A DNA stretch of 64,000 nucleotides from an uncultured Verrucomicrobiae bacterium (lineage in GTDB: Bacteria; Verrucomicrobiota; Verrucomicrobiia; Chthoniobacterales; Chthoniobacteraceae): the NCBI GenBank assembly GCA_963828525.1, contig CAWHEP010000001.1, positions 143,092-207,091 on the forward strand, read 5' to 3'. Of the stretch, positions 18,802 through 28,614 are shown piece after piece. The translations under genes were made by a program, and so were the position numbers. The notes beneath the pieces were generated by a model, which was not told the origin of the DNA, did not search any database, and saw only the letters and a list, made by a program, of their open reading frames with translations. Numbering within the stretch: position 1 is the stretch's first letter; each line of letters opens with the position of its first letter.

Positions 18802-19896
18802 ATGACGGGGAGCAAGCAGAGAGTCGTTGTGGGAATGAGCGGTGGCGTCGATTCCAGTGTGGCGGCCTATCTTCTGAAGGAGCAGGGTTATGATGTGGTT
18901 GGGGTCACGTTGAAAGTGTGGCCCCAGGATTGCATCTCGCGCGCGGAGGACAAGTGCTGCGGGCCGCAAGCCATAGCCGATGCCCGCGGGGTTGCCCATT
19001 CGCTTGGCATCCCCCATTACGTAGTGGATGAAGCGGATCAGTTCGAAAAGCTGGTGATCGACTATTTCACCTCAGAATACCAGGCGGGCAGGACCCCGAA
19101 TCCCTGTGTGATGTGCAATGAGAAGCTGAAGTTCGGGAATCTCTGGACGAAAGCGCGCGCGATAGGCGCGGAATTCGTGGCCACCGGACACTATGCGATC
19201 ATTGAGCACCACGATACCCATGCGGTGCTGCGGAAGGGCCTGGACCCCCGGAAGGACCAGTCCTACTTTCTTTTCAGCCTGCGCCAGGCGCAGCTACAGC
19301 GGGCGCTCACTCCTTTGGGGGGAATGACGAAGCCGGAGATTCGCGACATCGCTCGCTCTCTTGGCCTCAAGGTGGCGGAGAAGGTGGACAGCCAGGAAAT
19401 CTGCTTCGTCCCGGGGAATGATTACAAGGCCTTCCTGCGGACGCATATGGACAGCGACCAATTTCATCGTGGCGGCATATTCGATCTGGATGGCAACCAT
19501 CTGGGAGACCACGAAGGCATCGAGATGTTCACCGTCGGACAGCGTAAGGGCTTGCCGGGCGGGGCGTTGCAGGCCCGTTACGTCGTGGATATCGATCCCG
19601 CCACGAATCGTGTCACAGTGGGCAACGCGGGCGACCTGGAGAGCGAAGAGTTCGAGGTGGATCGCATCAACTGGCTTTGTGACGACGAGCCCCCCGCAGA
19701 GGTGGAGGTGAAGATCCGCTACAGCCATCCTGGCGCCGCCGCCACGATTCTCCCGCTCGCGGAAAACAGGGCGCGAGTGAAACTTCATCAGCCGCAGAGA
19801 GCGGTGACTCCTGGGCAGGCCGCAGTATTCTATGTTGGGGCTCGTGTCATTGGTGGCGGATGGATTTGCCGGCTCCCGGTGCCCGCTGCCGCTTGA
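18802..19896 (+). CDS. mnmA: tRNA 2-thiouridylase MnmA
   Basis: MSGGVDSS PP-loop, TPNPCVMCN, ATGHY, KDQSYFL, SQEICF, TPGQ. Confidence 0.97.
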   Translation: MTGSKQRVVVGMSGGVDSSVAAYLLKEQGYDVVGVTLKVWPQDCISRAEDKCCGPQAIADARGVAHSLGIPHYVVDEADQFEKLVIDYFTSEYQAGRTPNPCVMCNEKLKFGNLWTKARAIGAEFVATGHYAIIEHHDTHAVLRKGLDPRKDQSYFLFSLRQAQLQRALTPLGGMTKPEIRDIARSLGLKVAEKVDSQEICFVPGNDYKAFLRTHMDSDQFHRGGIFDLDGNHLGDHEGIEMFTVGQRKGLPGGALQARYVVDIDPATNRVTVGNAGDLESEEFEVDRINWLCDDEPPAEVEVKIRYSHPGAAATILPLAENRARVKLHQPQRAVTPGQAAVFYVGARVIGGGWICRLPVPAAA

Positions 19897-19901
19897 GTGT
19901 C

Positions 19902-20240
19902 ATGTCGGCGGCATTGGTGATTACCACCTTCCCTCACTTGGAACCCGCTCGGAGCGCGATCCGCGCAATCGTAGCCGAGCGCCTCGCGGCCTGCGGCACG
20001 ATCATCCCGGGAGCGGAATCTATCTACACATGGAAGGGGAAGATCGAGACAGCTCGAGAGACGATGGTCCTTTTCAAGACTTTACGGAGTAGCTATCCCG
20101 CCCTTGAGCAGCGTCTGAGGCAGATCCACCCTTTTGAAACGCCGGAGATCATAGCCATTGATATTTCGACGGGCGCCAATGGGTATTTGGACTGGATCGC
20201 GGAGTGGTGCGCGGTTGCTCCCGGCGTGACCCGTGAATAG
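19902..20240 (+). CDS. cutA: Divalent-cation tolerance protein CutA
   Basis: RLAACG, SIYTWKGKI, HPFETPEII, YLDW. Confidence 0.92.
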   Translation: MSAALVITTFPHLEPARSAIRAIVAERLAACGTIIPGAESIYTWKGKIETARETMVLFKTLRSSYPALEQRLRQIHPFETPEIIAIDISTGANGYLDWIAEWCAVAPGVTRE

Positions 20241-20255
20241 TGAACCTATCGGCGT

Positions 20256-20849
20256 GTGATTCCTCTCCTCGCGGTGACAAAGCTTGCTGGCCCGGGCCAC
20301 GGGATGGCGCACTTTGAGCGGCTTGCGGCCAGTTCGCCTCTTGCCACAATCATGGTCGGCGCGAGCCTGCTCCTGTTTGGCCGCAAGTTGTTTTGGCTGT
20401 TTGTCGGGGTCATGGGGTTTATCGGTGGGCTGGTTCTCGCTCACAATCTCTTTCAAGGTGAGCCCGAAGCAGTTCTGCTCGCCATCGGTTTAGGGGTTGG
20501 CCTCGTCGGCGCGCTGTTGACGATCTTTTTGCAGAAGCTTGCCGTCAGCATCGCCGGGTTCATCGCGGGGAGCTATATCGCGCTCGAAATCCTGAACCGC
20601 TCGGGAGGTTCTGAGTTCCGGTACGGATGGGTCCTGTGTCTCATAGGCGGCGCTTTGGGCGCCGTCCTGGTTGCAGGTCTCTTTGCGTGGGCGCTCATCA
20701 TTCTTTCCTCGCTGCTGGGCGCTTCTTTCATCGCGCGGGGCCTCCATCTTTCAACCAGCACATCCAGCCTGTTGTTGCTGGGACTCTGCGCTGTGGGGAT
20801 CTTGTTTCAAGCGGGTTTGTTTGGCGGACGCTCCCGGGAGGAACGGTGA
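20256..20849 (+). CDS. Multi-pass membrane protein (DUF4203-like)
   Basis: About 6-7 hydrophobic segments, LLFGRKLFWLFVG. Start uncertain. Confidence 0.7.
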   Translation: MIPLLAVTKLAGPGHGMAHFERLAASSPLATIMVGASLLLFGRKLFWLFVGVMGFIGGLVLAHNLFQGEPEAVLLAIGLGVGLVGALLTIFLQKLAVSIAGFIAGSYIALEILNRSGGSEFRYGWVLCLIGGALGAVLVAGLFAWALIILSSLLGASFIARGLHLSTSTSSLLLLGLCAVGILFQAGLFGGRSREER

Positions 20850-22210
20850 AGCTCTCCACCATCCAGGAGACACTTGCTCTTTTAGACCTGACGCCAAGCA
20901 AGAGCATGGGCCAAAATTTTCTTCACGACCAAAATCTTGCTCGCTGGATTGTGGATCAACTTGAGTTGTCCTCAGAGGATCATTTGGTTGAGATAGGACC
21001 CGGATTGGGCGCCCTCACGGAGCTTGCCCTGCCGCTTTGCGGAGGCGCCACTCTCCTAGAAAAGGATGGACGGCTGGCAGGGTTTCTCAAAGAGCGGTTT
21101 GCCTCGGATCGCGTAGAAGTGATGCATGAGGACGCAATCGCGTTTGATCAGCGCGTCCTTTTTGAAAAAAGGCCGGTCAAGGTCGTCGGGAATCTGCCGT
21201 ATTACGTCACCAGCCCCATCCTCTTCAAGTTTACGGCCTCTCCGTCTCCAGTGAAGAGGATGGTTATCACCATGCAACGAGAACTTGCCGAGCGGCTGGC
21301 GGCAAAGCCCTCCACAAAGGCGTATGGCTCTCTCACGCTTGCCATTCAGCGCCAGTGGCGGGTGAAATACCTCAAGACGCTTCCCGCGTCTGTTTTTGTG
21401 CCACAGCCGAAGGTGGAATCCGCTGTCGTTCTGCTGGTCCCCCGTGAGCCCGACGAGGTTCCAGATTGTGATGGCGCAACGTTCGAGCGGCTCGTAAGAG
21501 CGGGCTTTTCACAACGACGCAAGCAGCTTCGCAAGATGATTGCCGCCGAAGTCGGTGACTGGGCCGCCACTGCTCTCTTCCTCGGAGTGCCTGAGACTGC
21601 GCGCGCCGAGGAACTGAGTCTCTTACAGTGGATCGCGCTTGCTAACCGAGTTGCGCCAATAGCGGAAGGCGGGGCGCAGAACGTGCATGATGAGATTTTC
21701 GATACCGTTGACGCGAGCGATAATGTGGTTGGCAGAGCGACTCGCCACGAAACGCACACGAACCACCTTTACCACCGCGCTGTGCATATTTTTGTCTTCA
21801 ACGCCGCGGGTGACCTCTTTCTGCAGAAACGATCTCGATGGAAGGACGCCCATCCTTCCTGCTGGGATTCCAGCGCCGCCGGTCACGTGGATACCGGGCG
21901 GGGTTATGAAGAGACTGCGGCGCGTGAGTTGAAGGAAGAGATCGGGATTTCGGCGCCGGTCGAGTTCGTCGGCTCGCTTCCACCATCCGCCGCAACCGGC
22001 CAGGAGTTTGTCCACTTGTTCCGCGCGAAGCACGAAGGGCCATTCAAACTCGCGCCGGCGGAGATTGAGTGCGGGGCGTTCTTTCCTCTGGGAGTTATCA
22101 GGAGGTGGATTGCCGCGCGTCCTGAAGATTTCGCCTCCGGCTTTGTCGAATGCCTGCGATTGTTTACAGCTTGCCAGGGCGGCGGACGCGCCGCTGTCTT
22201 GGCGAACTAA
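20846..22210 (+). CDS. rsmA: 16S rRNA dimethyltransferase RsmA/KsgA fused to a C-terminal Nudix (IDI-like) domain
   Basis: GTGA overlap start. GQNFL, EIGPGLGALT, GNLPYY, F.QRRK. Then HRAVHIFVFN and Nudix box GHVDTGRGYEETAARELKEEIG in the same frame. Confidence 0.9.
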   Translation: MKLSTIQETLALLDLTPSKSMGQNFLHDQNLARWIVDQLELSSEDHLVEIGPGLGALTELALPLCGGATLLEKDGRLAGFLKERFASDRVEVMHEDAIAFDQRVLFEKRPVKVVGNLPYYVTSPILFKFTASPSPVKRMVITMQRELAERLAAKPSTKAYGSLTLAIQRQWRVKYLKTLPASVFVPQPKVESAVVLLVPREPDEVPDCDGATFERLVRAGFSQRRKQLRKMIAAEVGDWAATALFLGVPETARAEELSLLQWIALANRVAPIAEGGAQNVHDEIFDTVDASDNVVGRATRHETHTNHLYHRAVHIFVFNAAGDLFLQKRSRWKDAHPSCWDSSAAGHVDTGRGYEETAARELKEEIGISAPVEFVGSLPPSAATGQEFVHLFRAKHEGPFKLAPAEIECGAFFPLGVIRRWIAARPEDFASGFVECLRLFTACQGGGRAAVLAN

Positions 22211-22231
22211 CCAACCAAGCCAAAGCGCAGT

Positions 22232-23770
22232 GTGATAACGTCTCTCGAACTGAAGCCAAGCCAGATTCGGGCGCTCCTGATCCTGCTTGTGCTTCTGCCG
22301 TTCATACCCACGGTGCTGATGGTTCGCTTCATTGTGGCCACCGTCAGCGCCGAGCGTGACGCGGCGAAGGAAAGAACGGCAGATCTTTACCAGCGTTCTC
22401 TGGCGACAGTCGGCTCGCTTTTGGGCAGCCATCTAAACGCCGTCTCGTTCGAGTCAGGCGACTCTGCAAAGGAACATTTCCGCAGCCTCGTCGTGGAACA
22501 ATATATGGACGGAGCTGTGATCTATGACGACAAGGGCCGAATCTTGTATCCGCGCGGCGTGGGTCTCGATCCGGAGGGAGACCAACCCGGCGACCCCCGG
22601 GTGGCAGCGGCGTATAGGTTATCGCTCGCGGTGGAGCGTTTCGAACCCGCCAGCCTTTTTCCGTCTGCGGCCGCTGTGTGGACTGCCATTCCTGCTTTCC
22701 CGGAGAGCGTCTACGGACTCCATATACGGCGAAAAGGGATTGATCTGATCCTGCTCCGGCGCGGAAAGACGCTCCTCCAGTCGGTCGAGGGGTTCTACGC
22801 GCGCACTTTCGATCCCCTCGTTTCGGTGCGCATCGTGGATGGAGCCGGAGGAATTGTTCCGCGGGTCATGGACCCATCGGACGAGCTGGTGGCGGAGGCG
22901 TCGATAGCCGATACGATTCCCGGTTGGGGTGTTCACCTGTTCCTAAAAAAGTCGCCTGCGAGAGTGACTGCCGCGTTCCTCCCGCAAGACCAGGCGGCGG
23001 CGTTTGCTCTAGGGACGGCTATCATCGCTAATCTTTTCATCGCTGGACTCGCGGCTTTTGCTGTGAGCCGTCAACTGAGGCTGAACGAGCTTCGCAACAG
23101 CTCCCTCGCCACCGTCTCGCATGAGTTAAAGACGCCAATCTCCGCCGCGCGCGTGCTGTTGGATACACTGCTGGATGGCCGGATTCAGGACGCCGGCGCT
23201 ACGCGGGAATACATCGAGATGATCTCGCAGGAGAACCACCGTTTGGCGCGGCTCATCGAGAAATTCCTCACTGCCGCGCGCATTGAAAGGAGCGCGTATG
23301 CCTTCAACAAAGTCAAGACGCTGCCATCCGAGATCGTGGACTCCGCTGTCGCTATCATAGGACACAGGTTCAAGGAAGCGGCGTGTCCGCTGGAGGTGCG
23401 GATCGAGCCTGGGGTCAGCGCCATCTCAGTGGATCGGGACGCGATTGTAATCGTCCTCGTGAACTTGCTCGAGAACGCGCTGAAATACACCGGCAGGCAG
23501 AAAGAGATCAGCCTCCTCGTCCGAGAAGCGGGGAAGTACATCATCTTTGAGGTGCGCGATAATGGGGCGGGCATTGCCCGGCGTTACAGGAAGGCAGTGT
23601 TCGAGAGATTCTTCCAGGTTGATCAGAAACTCTCGAGAATGCAGGAAGGTGCCGGCCTTGGCCTCAGTATCGTGAAGAGCATCCTCGATGCGCACGGCGG
23701 GAAGGTAAAACTCACAAGTTCATTGAACGAGGGCAGCGTTTTCGCGGTCAGTATTCCAACCCTCGTCTAG
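22232..23770 (+). CDS. Membrane sensor histidine kinase
   Basis: Two TM segments, SHELKTPI, NLLENALKY, DNGAGI, GAGLGL. Confidence 0.93.
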   Translation: MITSLELKPSQIRALLILLVLLPFIPTVLMVRFIVATVSAERDAAKERTADLYQRSLATVGSLLGSHLNAVSFESGDSAKEHFRSLVVEQYMDGAVIYDDKGRILYPRGVGLDPEGDQPGDPRVAAAYRLSLAVERFEPASLFPSAAAVWTAIPAFPESVYGLHIRRKGIDLILLRRGKTLLQSVEGFYARTFDPLVSVRIVDGAGGIVPRVMDPSDELVAEASIADTIPGWGVHLFLKKSPARVTAAFLPQDQAAAFALGTAIIANLFIAGLAAFAVSRQLRLNELRNSSLATVSHELKTPISAARVLLDTLLDGRIQDAGATREYIEMISQENHRLARLIEKFLTAARIERSAYAFNKVKTLPSEIVDSAVAIIGHRFKEAACPLEVRIEPGVSAISVDRDAIVIVLVNLLENALKYTGRQKEISLLVREAGKYIIFEVRDNGAGIARRYRKAVFERFFQVDQKLSRMQEGAGLGLSIVKSILDAHGGKVKLTSSLNEGSVFAVSIPTLV

Positions 23771-23773
23771 CCC

Positions 23774-24457
23774 ATGGAGACCGTGCTGATCATCGAAGAC
23801 GACCTGGCGCTCATGCGTGGTTTGAAGGACAACTTCGAGTTTGAAGGGTATAAAGTGAAGACTGCTGTAGATGGAGCACAGGGGCTTCAGGACGCGCTGA
23901 AACTCAGCCCCGACCTCATTGTTCTGGACCTCATGCTTCCAGGCATTAACGGCTACGAGATTTGCCGATTTCTCCGCGAAGAGAAGATGGATATGCCCAT
24001 CATCATGCTGACCGCGAAGGGCCAGGAGTCCGATATCGTCTTGGGATTAAAGCTGGGCGCGGACGATTACGTGACGAAGCCTTTCAGCATCAAAGAGCTG
24101 CTGGCCCGGAGTGGAGCGTTTCTGCGCCGGCGCCGCGAGAAGGAGCCGGTCTCCTTCCGCTTTGGTGACTGTCACCTGGACGTCGCGGCGCGCTCTCTCA
24201 CGCGCGCGGGCCGTGAAATCAAACTCTCCCCAAAGGAATTCAATCTGCTGAGATATTTGCTGGGCAAAGCGGGGCAGGCGGCGAGCCGCGACCAGATCAT
24301 GAATACCGTATGGGGCTACGACTGCGTGGTTACTCATCGCAGCATCGACCGCTTTGTAAATGCGCTCAGGAACAAGATTGAGCCTGACCCCGCCCATCCC
24401 ATATATCTCCAGACAGTAAGGGAATTTGGCTACAAACTCGTTATCCCGGCGGCCTGA
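23774..24457 (+). CDS. OmpR-family response regulator
   Basis: Receiver (LDLMLP, KPF) plus winged helix (LRNKIEPDP..P.Y.QTVR..GY). Confidence 0.95.
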   Translation: METVLIIEDDLALMRGLKDNFEFEGYKVKTAVDGAQGLQDALKLSPDLIVLDLMLPGINGYEICRFLREEKMDMPIIMLTAKGQESDIVLGLKLGADDYVTKPFSIKELLARSGAFLRRRREKEPVSFRFGDCHLDVAARSLTRAGREIKLSPKEFNLLRYLLGKAGQAASRDQIMNTVWGYDCVVTHRSIDRFVNALRNKIEPDPAHPIYLQTVREFGYKLVIPAA

Positions 24458-24924
24458 AGGGAATCTCCGCGCAAAAATCTTTCAAGACGTGACAGAAAAT
24501 CCTGCTCCGCGGCGATTATTTTCCGGCGGGCCTCGGGGAGGCTAAAGAAAGCTGCCTTGTCGATCTCCGGGAAGGTCTTGCGCCGCCCGGACTTGGGCGG
24601 CCACTCGATTTCGAAGGTGTTGCTCCGCAAGTTTGCTGGATCGCAGGTTCCCTCAAAGGCCCAGGCATGCACAACCTTGCCTGACTTGTTTCGAACGTTG
24701 CCTAACGCGCGGTAGGGTTCTCTTGGTTTGAACCCTGTCTCCTCCCGAAACTCCCGGATTCCTGCCTCCAGTAGATCTTCGCCATCTTCCACCTGTCCGC
24801 GCGGGATTGTCCACGCGCCCTCATCCTTCCGCTGCCAGAAAGGGCCACCCATATGCGCGAGCAAAACCTCCGGTCCGCCTGCGGCGATCCGATACATTAG
24901 AAGCCCGGCGCTTACCCTTTGCAC
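24430..24924 (-). CDS. Nudix hydrolase (COG4119-like)
   Basis: H.GGPFW..KD.GAW, Nudix box GQVEDGEDLLEAGIREFREETG, EWPPKSG...FPEID. Confidence 0.88.
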   Translation of the reverse strand: MQRVSAGLLMYRIAAGGPEVLLAHMGGPFWQRKDEGAWTIPRGQVEDGEDLLEAGIREFREETGFKPREPYRALGNVRNKSGKVVHAWAFEGTCDPANLRSNTFEIEWPPKSGRRKTFPEIDKAAFFSLPEARRKIIAAEQDFLSRLERFLRGDSLQAAGITSL

Positions 24925-25063
24925 CGAACCAGTTTAGACGGCGCGTTTCGATCAATCAACTCGCGCCCTTCGCCGACGAATCGTGCTTTGTGCCCGGTGG
25001 TATTTCACCAATCCATTCAGCTTTCCCAGTCGTAATGATCGAGTGGCTTAACAACTGCGCCCG

Positions 25064-26446
25064 ATGAGAATTGCGATCCACTGGTTTCGCCGCGACCTGC
25101 GGCTGGCGGACAACACCGCCCTTGCGGCAGCCGTTTCCAACTATGATCTGGTGATCCCGGCTTACATCCTGAGCGATTGGCAGGGATCGCACGGTTGGAC
25201 GGGTTCGCCCCGGCAGGAGTTTCTGTGCCGTTGCCTGGCCGCGCTGGAGACTGATATCAGAACAAAAGGCGGGCAGCTTATCTTCCGACGGGGAGATGCG
25301 GATGTTGCGCTGGCTCAACTCATCGAAGACTCCGGGGCTGTCGCCCTCAGTTTCAACCGGGATCCCGACCCGTTTGGGCGGGAGATGGAAGTGAAAGTAA
25401 CCCGCATGTCGGAGGCGCGGGGATGCAAGGTTCACTCCTGCAAGGACGTAGCCATTCACGAGCGGGATGAAGTCCTGACCGGAGGCGGAACGCCATTCCG
25501 CGTTTTTTCTCCCTATGCCCGGGCGTGGATTAAACTGGAGAAACCGTCGGTCACTGAACCTGTGGCAAGTTTCCGGCTGGCGCCCGGACTTCAGACACTC
25601 CCCGCGCCAACCCTATCCACATGGGGCTTGGAGCAGACCGCGACGATCATTGACGGAGGAGAAGCCGCCGCGCGGAAGCGGCTGGAAAGCTTCCTCTCCG
25701 AACCAATCTTACGTTACGCCGCCTGCCGAAACACACCTCACGAGGCCGGCACTTCGCGACTTTCGGCTGATCTGCGCTTTGGCACTCTCTCTCCGCGCGA
25801 GATCCATGCCCGATGCCTTGATCTCGCCGAACAAGGCCCCGCTGAACATCGCAAAAGCGCGCTCATTTATATTAATGAACTGATCTGGCGCGAGTTTTAC
25901 ATGCAGATCCTCTGGCACTACCCAGATGTGCTGGAGACCGGATTCAATGCGAAGTATCGGGAACTTGATTGGGCCGAACCCGGCGAGGCTTTCACTCGGT
26001 GGAGCGAGGGCGAGACTGGATTCCCCATAGTGGATGCTGCCATGCGGCAGCTAAACCAGACGGGTTTCATGCATAACCGTCTGCGCATGATAACCGCGAT
26101 GTTCCTGACCAAAGATCTGCATGTCTCGTGGCGCGCGGGTGAGCAGTATTTCATGCAAAAACTGATTGATGGCGACATCGCAAGCAACAATGGGGGCTGG
26201 CAATGGAGCGCCGGGACGGGGGCGGATGCGGCGCCTTACTTCCGCATCCAGAATCCATGGACACAGACCAGACGGTATGACCCCGAAGGCGAGTTCATCA
26301 GGCATTGGATTCCTGAACTGCGGGACATTGATGCGGCGCGGCTCATGCAGCCGCCGGAAGATCAGACAAGCATCGCGAAGGGCTACCCCGCGCCCATGGT
26401 AGATCACGCGATTGAACGGGTCGTCACGCTGAGGATGTTCTCATAG
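25064..26446 (+). CDS. phr: Deoxyribodipyrimidine (CPD) photolyase
   Basis: WFRRDLRLADN, TSRLS, ELIWREFY, GFMHNRLRM, NNGGWQWSAGTG. Confidence 0.93.
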   Translation: MRIAIHWFRRDLRLADNTALAAAVSNYDLVIPAYILSDWQGSHGWTGSPRQEFLCRCLAALETDIRTKGGQLIFRRGDADVALAQLIEDSGAVALSFNRDPDPFGREMEVKVTRMSEARGCKVHSCKDVAIHERDEVLTGGGTPFRVFSPYARAWIKLEKPSVTEPVASFRLAPGLQTLPAPTLSTWGLEQTATIIDGGEAAARKRLESFLSEPILRYAACRNTPHEAGTSRLSADLRFGTLSPREIHARCLDLAEQGPAEHRKSALIYINELIWREFYMQILWHYPDVLETGFNAKYRELDWAEPGEAFTRWSEGETGFPIVDAAMRQLNQTGFMHNRLRMITAMFLTKDLHVSWRAGEQYFMQKLIDGDIASNNGGWQWSAGTGADAAPYFRIQNPWTQTRRYDPEGEFIRHWIPELRDIDAARLMQPPEDQTSIAKGYPAPMVDHAIERVVTLRMFS

Positions 26447-26457
26447 CCGTTCTCGTT

Positions 26458-27444
26458 TCACTCAAATCCTCCGACTCCCGCGAACACCCCTTTCGCCATA
26501 GTTACGACCTCGTAACCGATATACAGCGCGATCACCAGGAAAAGCAGCTTCGGCAGCCAATCGGTGACGATCTCCATCCGCGTGAACGCTTCCTTCTGGA
26601 ACTCCTCTGTGAGCCTGCGCAGTTCTTGATCCAGCTTGCCCGTCTCTTCCCCGAGGCGCAACGCCCGCGTCATTTTCTGCGGAAATATGCCGGTTTTTAC
26701 AAGAAGCGGGCTCACCTGTTCACCCATCCTGATCTTTGGCAGAATCTTGCGCGCGGCCCGCAGCACCAACGCGCTCTGGCTGGCGGCGGCGGCATGGGAC
26801 AACCCATCCATCACATTCACCCCGGCTTGCGTCTGCATCTCGTAGGTCGCGCAGAACCGGCCGAGAGCAAAGGCTCGCCGGATTCGGCCAAAGACCGGAA
26901 CTGCGCGCAACAGCGCGTCGGAAAGAACATTTGTCCGCGCCATCCTGACAAGCGTGTAAATGCATGCGAAAAGAAAAAAAGCCGAGCTGTATGCCAGCGC
27001 AAAGTCATAGCCAACAAGCTTTAGGTAAGCCGAGAGCCCCTTCCCCACGACCACTTCCTTGATGGGCAATATCAACACCGCGAAATGAAACTGGAAAAGC
27101 GGGTACGCCACCTTCTGAAGGATCACCGAACGCGACCGCCCCAGTACACCGAAATATTCCGAGAGATAGTGACACCCCTGCTCAAGCCGTCCGCTGCGGT
27201 CGCAGGCCGCCATGATGCTGGCTTCCATCTCGCTTACTCCTGGCCGCTGTTTTGCGAAGCATTCGGCGACCGAGTCGCCCCGGATGGCGGAGGCGCGCAG
27301 CCCTTCGGACAATCGCTTTAAACTTCCGCCCGTATCCACCGTCAGTGTGGACATGGCGGCGGGGAACGCGATCCCGGAGCGCAGAAGTTGCTCGAGGTCG
27401 TGGTAGAACTGCTGTCTTTGGGAAAGGCTAAGAGCCACAAACAA
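26458..27444 (-). CDS. Type II secretion/type IV pilus platform protein (GspF/PilC family)
   Basis: Two T2SSF repeats: L.QLLRSGI...SGRLE...YP and GEETGKLD. Confidence 0.82.
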   Translation of the reverse strand: MFVALSLSQRQQFYHDLEQLLRSGIAFPAAMSTLTVDTGGSLKRLSEGLRASAIRGDSVAECFAKQRPGVSEMEASIMAACDRSGRLEQGCHYLSEYFGVLGRSRSVILQKVAYPLFQFHFAVLILPIKEVVVGKGLSAYLKLVGYDFALAYSSAFFLFACIYTLVRMARTNVLSDALLRAVPVFGRIRRAFALGRFCATYEMQTQAGVNVMDGLSHAAAASQSALVLRAARKILPKIRMGEQVSPLLVKTGIFPQKMTRALRLGEETGKLDQELRRLTEEFQKEAFTRMEIVTDWLPKLLFLVIALYIGYEVVTMAKGVFAGVGGFE

Positions 27445-27497
27445 ACGGAGCCAGGGGTTTCACAAATCCGGAATTTGGCTCAGAATAGCCTGAAAAC

Positions 27498-28529
27498 ATG
27501 AGTCTGCGAAGCAGCGTCGATGAAAAGTTCATGCGTGCCGCCCTGCTGGAAGCGGCGAAGGGGGTAGGCCGCGCGAGCCCGAACCCTGCTGTGGGAGCCG
27601 TGGTTGTCTCCGGCGCGCGGATCATTGGGCGGGGCTTCCACCGCGGAGCCGGTTTTCCGCATGCGGAGATTGAAGCGCTCGGCAGCTTGAAGAGTCGCGC
27701 TGCGGCAGGGACGACGCTTTACGTCACACTCGAACCTTGCTCGACGTGGGGACGCACACCGCCATGTGTGGACGCAATCGTTGCGGCTGGGGTTGCAAAA
27801 GTTGTCTTCGGCGCGATTGATCCCAACCCGGCGCATTCGAGGCGCGCCGCGAAAATTCTAAGGGAGGCTGGCGTCCGCGTTCAATCAGGGGTGCTTGCCG
27901 GCGAGTGCCGGCTGCTAAACCCGTGGTTCGAAAAATGGATTACAACCGGCGTGCCCTGGGTGATCGCAAAGGCAGGGATGTCGCTGGACGCCCGTCTCAC
28001 CCGGCGCCCGGGTGAGGGCCAGTGGATCACCAGCCCAGTCGCGCGGGCCGTGGCTCACGAGCTTCGCGCCACTGTAGACGCCATCCTTATAGGCGGCGGG
28101 ACGTTGAGAGCCGACAATCCACGCCTCACCACGCGAGGCATTCCCGGGGCTTCCCAGCCGTGGCGCGTTGTTGTATCGCGCAGCGGAGTGGTGCCTCGGA
28201 ATGCCCACCTCTTCACGGATGAGTTTGCGGAACGCACGCTCCTTTATACTGGCAGGTCTCTGCGTTCCGTGTTGCGCGATCTCGGCAGGCGCCAGATCAC
28301 CTCCGTTCTCATTGAGGGTGGCAGCCGGCTGCTTGGCGAAGCGTTCGACAGGCAACTCGTGGATCGAGCGCATTTTTTTGTGGCTCCTCTTCTTCTCGGC
28401 GGCCCGGCGCCCGTAATAGGCGGGCTGGGCGTTGCCGCTTCATCTGCCGCCCCCCGCATCATTGATCCTGTCTATCAGCGTTTGGGAGATGAGTTGCATC
28501 TCTCCGGCAACGTCACTTTCAAGAGTTGA
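27498..28529 (+). CDS. ribD: Riboflavin biosynthesis deaminase/reductase RibD
   Basis: PNPAVGAV, HAE, TLEPC...TPPC, DNPRLT, EGG. Confidence 0.96.
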   Translation: MSLRSSVDEKFMRAALLEAAKGVGRASPNPAVGAVVVSGARIIGRGFHRGAGFPHAEIEALGSLKSRAAAGTTLYVTLEPCSTWGRTPPCVDAIVAAGVAKVVFGAIDPNPAHSRRAAKILREAGVRVQSGVLAGECRLLNPWFEKWITTGVPWVIAKAGMSLDARLTRRPGEGQWITSPVARAVAHELRATVDAILIGGGTLRADNPRLTTRGIPGASQPWRVVVSRSGVVPRNAHLFTDEFAERTLLYTGRSLRSVLRDLGRRQITSVLIEGGSRLLGEAFDRQLVDRAHFFVAPLLLGGPAPVIGGLGVAASSAAPRIIDPVYQRLGDELHLSGNVTFKS

Positions 28530-28544
28530 GTATTTCTGATGCCG

Positions 28545-28575
28545 CTTTGCGTTCCATGCGTTCTGTGTGGTTAAA
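28545..28575 (+). repeat. Short ~9-bp-period intergenic repeat ending GGTTAAA
   Basis: CTTTGCGTT CCATGCGTT CTGTGTGGT TAAA between ribD and the GT2 gene. Confidence 0.45.
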
Positions 28576-28614
28576 TCCCTTCCTTATCCATTCTCGAGAG
28601 ACACACGCGGTCAC

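Noticed and set aside
20627..20845. N-terminal extension of the rsmA ORF in the track
   Set aside because: Overlaps the upstream membrane-protein gene, and the GTGA-coupled start at 20846 fits RsmA
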